Shown here: positions 12,309 through 23,838 of the stretch, in pieces
How positions within the stretch are numbered: the first letter of the stretch is position 1
Layout: each line of letters begins with the position of its first letter
Assembly: GCA_010356995.1 (NCBI GenBank)
Contig: ML996689.1
Coordinates: 1,506,691-1,570,690, forward strand
Direction of reading: 5' to 3'
Length of the DNA stretch: 64,000 bases
From: Trichodelitschia bisporula
Taxonomy: Eukaryota
The notes under the pieces: model-generated
The model's input: only the letters and a program-made list of their open reading frames with translations
Told to the model about the DNA's origin: nothing
The model's database searches: none
Position numbers and translations under genes: made by a program

Positions 12309-15268
12309 ATGGGCAAGAATTTCCGTGGAGGCGTGAGTTCTCGATTGGTCTTCAGTGTCCAATGCTCCGCTAACTTACAGTAGAAGCGTGGTCGTGGTGG
12401 TGGTCGAGGCGGCGGGGGAAGAGGTGCTCCCCGGAGCGACACCTGGAACAACACGCGTACCGACGCCGCTGTTATAGACAAGCACAATGACAGCTTTGAG
12501 AAGTACTATAACGAGCTGGCGATTGTGCCGGATAACGAGAAGGAGGAGTTCTGGGCTGCCTTGCGTCGGGAACTTCCTAACAGCTTCCGCTTCTGTGGCT
12601 CCAAGGGGTACGTCGGACTGAAGACTAATCACTTCAAGCCGAGCACCGAGGCTCACGCCCCGCATATTTTCGTATAGCTAATACCCCGCAGCCATGCTCT
12701 CGCTGTCCAGCAGCGCCTCGTCGATCACTACGTCCCAGAAATCACGTCGGTGAAGTACAATGGCGAGACGGTGGAGCCGCCGCGGCCGGTGGAGTGGTTT
12801 CCGGAGAAACTGGCGTGGGCCATGACTACACCTAAGAATGTCATTCGCAAGTTTCCGCCGTTTTCATCCTTCCAAAAGTTCCTGGTCTCCGAGACCAGCG
12901 TGGGCAACATCTCCCGCCAGGAGATCGTGAGCATGATCCCGCCTCTGCTCATGGACATCAAGCCCGGCATGACGGTACTGGATCTCTGTGCTGCACCGGG
13001 CTCTAAGTCGGCCCAGCTTATTGAGATGGTGCACCGCGGGGAGGAGGCTCGCATTCGGCACGTTCTGCAGCAGATTGGCCGCGGCGACGGCCGTGAAGTT
13101 ACACCCGGCGGGATTGAGACGCTGGACAAGGAGCAAGCCCTCAATGAGGGAGACTGGAGCGATGATGGGCGATCGACGGGCCTGTTGATTGCGAACGACG
13201 TCGACTATCGGCGCGCACAGATGCTGGTGCACCAGGTCAAGCGTCTCAACTCGCCGAACCTGATCGTCACAAACCACGACGCCACCCAGTTCCCGTCCAT
13301 ACGTATCCCCAGCACCGGGCCTACAGCCAAGTACCTGAAGTTCGACCGGATCCTGGCTGATGTCCCCTGTTCCGGCGACGGCACGACACGCAAGAACCCC
13401 AACATCTGGAAGGATTGGATTCCTGGCAACGGATTAGGACTGTATATCATGCAAGTGCGCATCCTGGTCCGTGCGCTTCAAATGCTCAAGGTCGGCGGCC
13501 GCGTCGTCTACTCGACGTGCAGCTTAAACCCGGTGGAGAACGAAGCCGTGATCGCCACTGCGATTGACCGATGCGGCGGTCTGGAGAAGGTCAACGTCAT
13601 CGACTGCAGCAAGGAGCTCCCTGGCCTGCGACGCGCACCCGGCCTGAAGCAGTGGAAGGTCATGGACAAGCAGGGCCGGATATGGAGTTCGTGGAAGGAT
13701 GTTGAAACTGCTATGGCGGAGGCGGAGTCGGAAGAAGGCTTTGCCCGGCTTCAGGAGGGCATGTTCCCGCCCGAGATGGCAGACGGCGAGGAGACTATTC
13801 CGTACGAGCGGTGCATCAGGGTGTACCCTCACTACCAGGACACGGGAGGCTTCTTCATCACGGTGCTCGAGAAGCGCTCGGAGATCAAGGCGAGGCCGGA
13901 GAGCGCGCCTAAGCCCAAGCCGGAATGGAAGAGTGCACAGCGGAGTGCTGCTAGCTCGGCGCCGGGGAGCCCGAAGAAGCGCGCCTTTGACGAGGATATT
14001 TCGCCCACGGCCAAGAAGGTCAAGGTGGATGAACCTGTTAAGGAGGAGGCGGTGGAAACTCAGGCGGACGTCAAGATGGAGGAAGAAGCAACAGGTGGAC
14101 CCGTTCAGGAAGCCCCCTCTGCTGCGACCCCGATGGATGGTGTCGAAACACCTGTCGTCAAAAACGAGCCTGCCGACATCCCCATCAAGAGCGAACCCGC
14201 CGACTTCCCCGTCAAGAAGAAGAATAACCAGATGCACGAGGAGCCGTACAAGTACCTTGACCCCGAGCACCCAGAGCTGCAACGAATATACGCCTTCTAC
14301 GAAATCTCACCCCGCTTCCCCCGCGACCGCTTCATGGTGCGCAACGCGACGGGCGAGCCCGTCAAGGCCGTATACTACACCTCGACCCTAGCGCGCGACA
14401 TCCTGGTTATGAACGAGGGCAAGGGCATGAAGTTCGTGCAGTGCGGCGTCAAGATGTTCATGAAGCAAGACTCCCAGGGGCACGATATATGCCGGTGGCG
14501 GATCCAGTCCGAAGGCATGCCCATCATCGAGCCCTGGGTCGGCGAGGGCCGCGTGGTGCGCCTGACCAAGCGGCCCACGCTGCGCAAGCTGCTGATCGAG
14601 ATGTTCCCCAAGATGAGCGGGGAGGGCTGGAAGAAGATGGGTGAGATCGCGGAGCGCGTACGGGATATAAGCATGGGGTGCTGCGTGCTGCGGGTCGAGC
14701 CGTCGGACGACGAGGATGGTTTTCAGTATGTAATCGCCAGCGTTGATGATGGTTTGCTGACTTGTGTAGGGAGCGTATTGTCCTCCCGCTGTGGCGCGGT
14801 ATTTCCTCGTTGAATCTCATGCTGCCGAAGGAGGAGCGGAAGTGAGTGTCCTCTTCGTTCTTCGAGGGACTGTCTAACATAACCAGAGCCATGCTCCTCC
14901 GTCTTTACAACGACGACTCGCCGCTAATCGACCACTCCCGCGGCGGCGACAACAACAATAATAACAACCAGGGCAACGCCGCTCCCACCCCCGTCCTCAC
15001 CCCCGCGCCAGGTAGCCTGACCACGCAAGTCGATGCTCTGATCGAAACTGCCGCCGCCGAGGCAGCAGGCGACCAAGCCGAGCCCATAGCGCCGAGTCTA
15101 GCGGCGGACATCAGGCCTGGCGATAATATCACGGCTATCGTCACGGAGGACCAAGACATCGAGGCTGAGTCTAGATTGCGCGGCGAGGACCAAGCGCGCC
15201 GCGATGCGATTCACGAGATGGCGCCTGGTGTGACGGATGAGGAGGATGTGTTCAATAAGACTGTGTAG
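12309..15268 (+). CDS. NCL1: tRNA (cytosine-5)-methyltransferase Trm4/Ncl1 (NSUN2-like); introns 12333-12383, 12609-12691, ~14727-14769, ~14842-14886
   Basis: Motifs RQEIVSMIPP, VLDLCAAPGSK, FDRILADVPCSGDGT, VYSTCSLNPVENE, DTGGFF. N-terminal exons give RG-rich leader and FEKYY..FW..LRRELPNSFRF. Confidence 0.95.
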
Positions 15269-15284
15269 GTGGCACGGGTTCTAG

Positions 15285-15322
15285 AGCGGGTTGTGGGGCG
15301 GGTTGTGGGGCGGGTTGTGGGG
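15285..15322 (+). repeat. 12-bp tandem repeat (CGGGTTGTGGGG)x3 just after the ncl1 stop
   Basis: Read directly from the sequence. Confidence 0.85.
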
Positions 15323-18300
15323 TTGTGGCGCGATCTAGTGACGTTGAGGGGGTGCCGAGGTTCGCGTCGTGGGTGGGCGAGGAGGACTGGAGCTGGGGTG
15401 GAGTAGGTTGATACGATAATGCGATATGGTCCGTGATGGTTTGCCATACCTCGCTGCGACGTTGACGATGGCGGCTGTGAGGCGTGAGGCGTGACTCGGA
15501 TGAAGGCTTAGTGAAGCGCCCAAGAAACGGTAACTTGGCAGGCAAATGGGGAATTGGCGCTGGGAGTTCGAAGTAGCATAATGGTATACGTAAAGGAACA
15601 TACTCAAGTACGTGATCTCATGGGTGCCCGTGTGTAACATTATCATTAACGACGAGCAGCAGTTCGGGTCTACGTTCCCAACTCAGAGCGCCCATCAAAC
15701 AATACAAACTCGGAGGTACCTCCCATCCTTAGATCTCCTCGATCGATATCCTCCCAAAATCCTGCTGGACGACATCTCACCTCCAGTACGGTAGAAGCCG
15801 GGGATAGCGGGGCCGGGACTCGATGCGTCTCCGCACCAGTGTCGCCACATCCGATATCAAATGTGGAGCTCATCCAAGCCGGGGAAGTGGATCCTGGGGT
15901 GAGCACGTCCGCCATCATCTCGATTCTATCACGATTCATCCTCTCAAACCACCACCAACAACAACACACGGGGGAGGAAAACCCCGCCTCCGCCTCGATC
16001 CAGCATCGCCGACTCACGTCCATCAGTATTAAGAACGCCTACCTATCGCTCTAGACCTTAGCCAGCCTTGGAGTCCAGCCTTGGAGCGGCATAGCTTCGG
16101 CCTCCCGCCGTGCCTCGGTACTTTCCCTTGCTCCAAGACGGCTTCCCCTCCCCACGACAGCGGCGCGGGGCACCGTGAAATGTGTTCCGCGCGCGGGGCG
16201 GGGAGCGTGGTATGTCTTGGGCTGCAGCACGACGTGCATAAAAGGGCCGCGGGATGCAGGTGCGGGACTGAGCGCGGCGAGGGGGCAGCGGTGGCGTCGC
16301 GGGGAAGCGAGATGGTGGTGCGGGGAGATGGGAGACGTGAGATGTAGCTGTGTGTGAGATGCTATTTCGGTGGGATGAAACGCGCGGGTAATTTCACGAT
16401 GATCGGTTGTGAGTTAGGGTCGCAGAGCGAACCTTCCGCTTTCGCTCGCCCGCCAAGTGGGTGCGGTCAACCTCATCCCGGTATCCCAACCTCCGGCACT
16501 GAAGCCCTTCCCCGACCACAACACAGGCCCCTCACCCTGCGCTTTCCGAAGTGCTCGTCCTTTCTTCCCTTACCAGCTTCCACCACAGCGACAACCGCCG
16601 AAAAGCCCGCCGCCCCACCCCGGCGCTCGTACGGCCGATCGCGCCGTAAGCGGCATCGTGCGCGCGGGGTCGGATGGGCCCGGGAGTGTGCGACGGCAAG
16701 TCTAGTGCCCTGTGTGGCATCGCTGCCGGACTACAACGCCAGGCCGCAGAATGCTACTGCGTAGACTACTGTGCTGTACGGCCGGGCTGGTGTGCCCATT
16801 TGGCGGCGATTAGGGACGACTTCGCATGGCGATGAACGGGTGCTCGTCTGACTGACGAACATCTGCATCCCGGTATGTGCGCACGGTGCGCTCAAGCGAG
16901 CGCCAGGACGTGACGCGGGTCTGGGCCACTAGTCTTGTTACCCGGGTTGGAGACGGGATGGGGAGTTTTGGTCCCTGTCGCTCAAATGAACGGAGAATAC
17001 TACGCTGCGCAGCGTGTGGTGAAGCGAAATATTGAGTTCCCTGAGACAGTAAGCTCGAGCGTCGCAGCGAGGGATTGCCCGCCCGCGAGGCTGGATGCTA
17101 GATGCAACCTGAAAAACCCATGCGACCAGGGGATCCACAGGCCCCGCCCCTCGTTGCGCACGCGGGCAGACTACGGACGTTAGTTACTCGATGCGGGACG
17201 TGGCCGGCTTGGGAGGGGATTGCCCCCGGGGGGTTGGGATTGGGTAGGTGCGCATATTGGAGGTTCGGGAAGGGATTATGTGGTGCATGGCAGACTGAGG
17301 TGAGATTATGGCTATAGGTTTGGTATATCCGTAGACGAACTGACAGCAATCCACGTGCAAGCCACACGACGAACCATGCAACGGCCCTTTTCCACGCGGA
17401 GATTTGCGGCCTTGTGCTCGCCTTTCTCCTCACGACATCGCGAAGCCTTAGCCTTCTCCAAGCCTCCCACGCGACCAACCGCCGCACGTCGGGCAGAGCC
17501 GAGACCGAGGCCCCGCTCTTAGTCTTCAACCAAGCAAAACACGCACCGTGCCTTACTCGATATCGTCGTGGGCGACCAGCCTCGCCGTGGCGCGAAACAG
17601 ACGATATCATTGGTATCTTGGCGCGCGCTTTCCCCAGGTTTGCGGGGAAAAGGCGCGGGCGCTGCTGGGCGGCTGGGGTAGCAAGCAGAACAGTCTGGGC
17701 AACTGACGTCGTTAGCAGCAACTCAGCTTCCATATCTCGCGTGTCCATTTCCTAGCCTGGCACATTACAGCTGCTTGGCGTGCTTGGATGCTCGCTGGTT
17801 CCGGTCGTGCGTGCGGGCGATTCCCTGGTCTTTCGTATGCTCGACTTCACACCTTGCATCGCCGCTTGCCCGGGGCGGCATGGTTAGGCCTTGCTGACTT
17901 TCACTCGTCGTCTTGTCAAGGCGGGGAAAAGTGCTGACCTGAGGAACTAACACCAGTCCACCGTCGTTATCCACGAACCGCGGCGTGTAGGAGCAGGGAA
18001 AGGATCGTAGCGCTCTTCAGAAGTGGAGAAATCGAGTTAGTCGCATCTCGCTCGTGGAGTCGTTAGCGTTTGAGGGGCGTGATCGGCGGGCTCCCCGGAG
18101 GGCGGTGGCCAAAGCGAGGCATGAAGGCAACTTGGCGCCGCTGGGCTGCATCGTGACTGGCCGTCAATTTTGACAGCAGGCGAAGCGATGGTGAGGGGTT
18201 ACCGTGGTCGTGGGAGTGCTATGATGCCAGTTGGGGATCAGGCCTGGACCTTGGGTGAAGGGTTGCCCGGTTTGGAAGGGGATAAAGATGGTCGGTCCCC

Positions 18301-18409
18301 GTGGGTGTCTTTTCCACACATCAGACTCCCTCATCTTCTTCGCATATTTGGGTCGAGGAGCCCCTCAGCTGGGTTACATTCTTCCAAACCTCAGCTTCCA
18401 TCCACCACC

Positions 18410-20033
18410 ATGGCCACCACGGCGGACGTCCCTTTTGAGAAGCCCTCGACGGTGCGAGATGACGGAGGAGTGTACGTTGAGAAGGGCGCCCACACGTCGC
18501 CTAGCAGCGCCGACGATAACTCCATCCTGCACGAGTTCTCGCCCGAAGAGCAGAAGAAGATCATCCACCGCGTCGACCGGCGCCTGGTGACAACTGTGGG
18601 CATCATGTACTGCATCTCGTTGATGGACCGGACCAACTTGGGTGCCACCATGATCGCAGGGTATGTCGTCTTTTGGTAATGCCGGACCATGTCTAACCTC
18701 TCAAGGATGGCCATTGACCTCAAGCTCGTTGGCATGCGCTACTCCATCATCACACTCGTCTTCTTCGCCAGCTATGTCGTCTTCCAGTTTCCCTCGACCG
18801 TCGTCATTCGGTACCTGGGTCCACGTCTGCATCTCTCGGTTATCACCTTGCTGTGGGGCATCTGCACAATCGGCATGGGTTTCTCCAAAACTTGGGATAC
18901 GCTCGCCGCCCTGCGTGTCATCCTCGGGATTTTAGAAGCTGGTTTCTTCCCGGGATGCGTGTATCTGCTCAGGTTGGTCAGCCTTGCGTTTCCATAGTGT
19001 TTCTCCTAACCTCCCTAGCACGTGGTATGTCCGTTACGACATGCACAAGCGGTACTCCTTCTTCTACATCATCGGATGTGTCGCATCTGGCTGCTCCGGC
19101 ATTCTCGCTTTCGGCCTGATGCAAATGCAAGGTCTCCGCGGATACAAGGGCTGGCGCTGGATCTTCATCATGGAGGGCATCATCACGTGCCTCGTCGCCG
19201 TCTACGGCTGGTTCGGCCTCGTCGGTTTCCCAGACGACAAGCGGAGGAACAAGGGCTTCCTCACTGACCGCGAGCGGCGCTTTATTGTGGCGCGTGTCAA
19301 CGCTGACCGCGGCGATGCCGACACCGAACCCTTCGACATCAGGAAGTTCCTGGGCGCGGGTCTCGATCTCAAGATCTGGGGTTTCGCCATGCTTTTCGGC
19401 ATGACTACGACGGTGACCTACGCTATTGCCTACTTCCTGCCTGTTATTCTGCGCCGCGGGATGGGCTTCGGTATTGGCGCGTCGCAGTGTCTGGTCGCTC
19501 CGCCCTACGCACTGGCCGGGCTGAATATGTGGTTGACGGGATGGCTCGGCGACAAGTATCGTCTCCGTGGGCCGATCATCCTTTTCAATGCCCTCCTTTG
19601 CATCATCGGCCTGCCACTCATCGGATGGGTTCACAACGTTGGCGTGCGGTACTTCGGCGTGTTCCTCGTGACGGCCGGTGCAAACGCCAACGTGCCGGCG
19701 ATTATGACGTACCAGGCGAACAACATCCGCGGACACTGGAAGCGCGCTTTCTGCAGCGCGACTCTCGTTGGTTTTGTAAGTTGTACACTCCATTTGAAAC
19801 CACTTTAGCTAATTCTTCAGGGTGGTATTGGTGGCATCATCGGTTCGCTCGTGTTCCGCGACCAAGACGCGCCGACCTATCTTCCCGGACTGTGGGCTGC
19901 GCTTGCGAGCCAGCTGATTGTGATTGCCATCGTATTGATGTTGACGCCCGTCTTCATCCGCAGAAACCGTCAGGCCGAACGGGGAGAGAGGAGGATTGAG
20001 GGAGGCGACGCGAACTTCAGATATACCCTCTAG
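18410..20033 (+). CDS. MFS transporter, anion:cation symporter (Dal5/Tna1 allantoate/nicotinate permease-like); introns 18661-18705, 18973-19018, 19776-19820
   Basis: Motifs RVDRRL, LMDRTNLG, GILEAGFFPG, WY.R....KR, GWRWIFIMEG; C-terminal FRYTL. About 12 TM segments. Confidence 0.92.
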
Positions 20034-20632
20034 TTGGATTTAGCGGGATTTGCGGAGATATGACTGCAATGGGTGGCTGATCTGCTGATATTCGGCTTAG
20101 TATAGGGGCCTTCTAATGACGAAGAGTGAAGAATGCGTCTTGAAATGATGAATTGGTGATGTGATGAGGTTGGACTGCGACCCTGGGCTTAGATCCTAGG
20201 CCAAGCTTACGAAATAAGCACAAAGCATCGGCCAAGCGCGTATTCATGCTGACACAGTTGTTGGCAGTGGGATATAAGGAAGGTGCATCCCCTCTCTGGC
20301 AAATAATGGATTTCATTATGCTGGAAGCCACGATGGGACGATTGGAATTCGGTATCTGCTTTAACTCCTGACGGAAGCGTCGTAACTTCATCAGAATTGA
20401 ACGAAGTATCTTCTATCAACGCATATCAGATGAAACGGTAATCGGTGTTTGAATGACCTCAAAATTTGGTCAAGACATGAGCGACCGTGTTGACACATTT
20501 GATAGTGAAGAAAAACCGGGCCCTGCCGAAGTAAGTCGAAAAACGAGGGTATTTGAAAAGAGAACAAAGACCGCTTCGCTCCGATCCACCCGAGTACCAA
20601 TTACATTTCCAGTACAGCACAACGGAAGACAA

Positions 20633-21720
20633 CTATGAAGATGAAGTCGAAACGTCCCTGAAGGGCGCCGTAGTCCTCTCACACCACTCCCAGAACTCAT
20701 CCGCCCGCCCATTTCCACCATCCTCCTTGCTCCGCATAGAAGGAACAATATCCATCCTCGGCGTCGCCAGCTGGCCCCAAGGAGCAACATACGACCCATT
20801 CTTCTCCTCCGGTACATCACCCAGCGCTGCCCAAAGCTCGGTGCACCCACCATACCGCACGGGGAACAGGAGCCACCATCCAGTTATCAGCTTCTGCCAC
20901 ATCGGCACATGACGCTGAAGCTCGGAATCCAGGTTTCCAGGGTTGAAGCTCAACGATATGATCCCATCCTTCGAGACCCGCTGTGCCAGCGCTGCCGCCA
21001 GCAAGATGTTCGCCGCTTTGCTCATTGCGTAGGCGACGTGCTTGACGTCTGGAACCACAGGCTCGGGATCCGGGCCCGATGTAAAGGTCACGCCGCCCGG
21101 GGGACTGAACAGCTGCGTCAAGCTAGCGGCCCAGGTGACGCGAACGGTACCCTTAGGACTCTTCGCCGCAGTGTGTTTGAGAGTAGGCAGCAGCAGCTCC
21201 GTGAGGAGGAAGGGGCCCAGGCAGTTGGTTTGCAGTTGCAGTTCTTTGCCTTGGGCACCAACGCTGCCCTTTGGAGGCACCATGACGCCGGCATTGTTGG
21301 TCAAGACGTGGAGGTCTGATTCTTGATCGGTGAAGGATTTGACCGCGGGCGCAATGGTGCGCAGGTCGGAAAGGTCAACGGAGATGAAGGTCAGAGTGCC
21401 CTTTGAGTCGGGGTGTGCGGCGCGCAGCTCGGATATGGCCTTGTTGGCTTTGGCTTCGGAACGGCCTGCGATGTAGATCTTCGCATTCGCGGCGTAGAGC
21501 ATGTGGCAGAGGGCCAGACCGACGCCAGTATACCCTCCGGTTACGAAGTGGACGCGCCCTGAATCAACGTAAGTCGGAAGTCCTTGATAGAGAGTGGAGG
21601 AAGATACTGACCAGTCTGATCAGGTGTATTCTTCTCCGAAATCTCCGGTTCTGGCATGTTGAAGCTCTCGCGAAACATTGCAGGCACAACGCCGCCCATT
21701 TTGCTTGCTCCACTGCCCAT
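20633..21720 (-). CDS. Short-chain dehydrogenase/reductase (retinol-DH/WWOX-like); intron 21611-21559
   Basis: TGGYTGVG NAD(P) motif after splicing, NNAGVM, catalytic YAMSK, NPGNLDSEL. Confidence 0.92.
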
Positions 21721-23109
21721 GATGTGTATCCGATTGGTTTCTCTGTCAGCGTTGAGATATTTGGTTGTGAGGTGGCTGATGTTGTTACTTTAACAGTCGC
21801 ACCGCTGCATAATCAAGGCGTCTTTCGAGGGCGGCCCGCCCCGGCCACGAGTATCTCCGGGGCAGGTTCAGCTCGCTAGGGCCACCGCAGCCTTGCAGGG
21901 TCGAACATTTTAGAACTAATCCGCCACCAAGACATGCTAATCTGGGCCCGCACGATGTGGGACAGCGGATATTGGACGTATAAAATCTCCAGTCTGTCAT
22001 GTCAATTCCTCATTGATCTTCGATTAAAGAACATGAGTTTCTCAAACCGACCATTTGCATTCCGTTGATGTCTGGATGACGTCACAACTTGTCCCGAGAT
22101 ACTCGCTGAACTTCTGTTTACAAGAGGGCTGATGATGACTGACGCTTCCGTCTTAGAGTATACCGCCAAGGCGAACATGAAGCCACGAAGCTACTGTTCT
22201 CGAGCTAGTTAACATGCAGTACACCAGTATATCTTGGGCTGATAAGAGCTGAAGAAATGTTGACGTCCAGCGTTCGTTTCTATTTTTTCATCAGATTCGA
22301 CATGTGCGAGGTATCAGACTGATAGCAATGGGATTCTCGAAAGTTGCGCATTGACGGTATCCTCATTTAGAACACTTGGATCTGCAGGCACTCGAGGCGC
22401 ATCACCTACAGGGCATCCTGTAGAGAAGGGATGCCGCTATTTCGGAGACCCATAGAACTACGGATGCAGAAGGGATACCGAGAGTTCGGAGACCCACAAT
22501 TGGATGCGTGCACATCCCTCGAGGAGCGCAGACGATCGGAGATAAGCTTCAAACACCGTGATGTCTCTCCCTAGATCCCATTGCTTCCTGTCCTCGGTAT
22601 CCATCCCAATGAACCCGCCCATCCGACATCACCTCACGGTACTTCAACGACAATCGCGCGCGTTATCTCCCACATGACGTCACTATGCCACAGACGATCG
22701 GACAATGCCGTTACCGTAGTACGGATGTACAGCCTGTCCTTTCCGCTCGGTAAGGCTGCCCCGAATCATCGGCCCCCAGTGGCGAACGGCGAGCGGACGA
22801 GGCTCGGCTGGATGGCACGGAATAAATTAGTTCTAGAACTACTCCAACCGGACATAGCGATCGTGTTCAGGGCTACGACCGCAGGGCAGCTGTTGCATTG
22901 AGCCTGGCCCGTCCCCGTCGGGCCGGGATTGGAGATAGCTTTCGGGCACGAGCTGATAGATGGACATACTGTAGAAAGTTAAATTAGACTCAGGAAATAA
23001 CCTCTTGCCGAGTAAGATCCAGATCCGGGTAGCACCATGTCACATCGACATCAGCAGAGAAGTAGTATACAGCTTTTATTTCGACTACACAGAAGCATTC
23101 ATCTCGTAC

Positions 23110-23168
23110 CTAAACACACTCCTCACGTCTCTGCCCACTCGAAGCCGTCTAAACACACTCCTCACGTC
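23110..23168. repeat. Direct repeat CTAAACACACTCCTCACGTC (20 bp, two copies at 23110 and 23149)
   Basis: Read directly from the sequence. Confidence 0.8.
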
Positions 23169-23838
23169 CCTGTCTAGGTGAAAGGGCTACCTGAACAACC
23201 GTCCCACTGCTGTTCCGAGTCCTAGGCGAAGGCCGTCTGTACAACCGCGCTGTTCCAGTCTGCAGCCGAGCCCAATCGTAGTTCGTCGCAGGATCGAAGC
23301 GTGCATTCTGCAACTCAACCCACTGTTCGTTGCTCATGGGGTGAAGGCGACCTTCGTTGGCACTATATGGAGTTAGCAACATGACAAGCGAGCATGCTGA
23401 AAATTTCACGACAGGAGCATCATCTACGGGGACAGCATGGCCATGTTAGTGCACGCAAATCGTGATTGCAAGGTAGAGCACTTGGTTCACCCCTCAGTCT
23501 AACTAACGAGGCATGATACAGCGAGAACACAGCCACTTGTTCAAGGAGACCACCGGAGCAACCTCACAATGCGGTAAAAGCCCACCCTAGGAGGGCCCCC
23601 AGCCCACGACGTGACGTTTACTCAAAGCCTTGAATCAGCGCATATAAATGTCAGCAAAAAATCGCCCACACATTGACGCCAAGTTCACGAAGAATCAGTC
23701 CTGCTCAGACTACGAAACAGGCCATATCCAGTCCCAAAAGATGCGCAGAGGAATGGCTCCAAGACAACAGAATTTTCGACCACCTGACTCTCAGGTGGTT
23801 TGGTATCGTTACGAAATACAATTTCACCACATATGCGC

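Noticed and set aside
15600..18300. Many short ORFs in the 3-kb ncl1-MFS intergenic region
   Set aside because: No codon bias, domain, signal peptide or CAAX motif I could support. A small spliced gene cannot be excluded.
18410..21720. MFS plus SDR as part of a secondary-metabolite cluster
   Set aside because: No backbone enzyme (PKS, NRPS, terpene synthase, DUF3328) nearby; the flanks are housekeeping genes.
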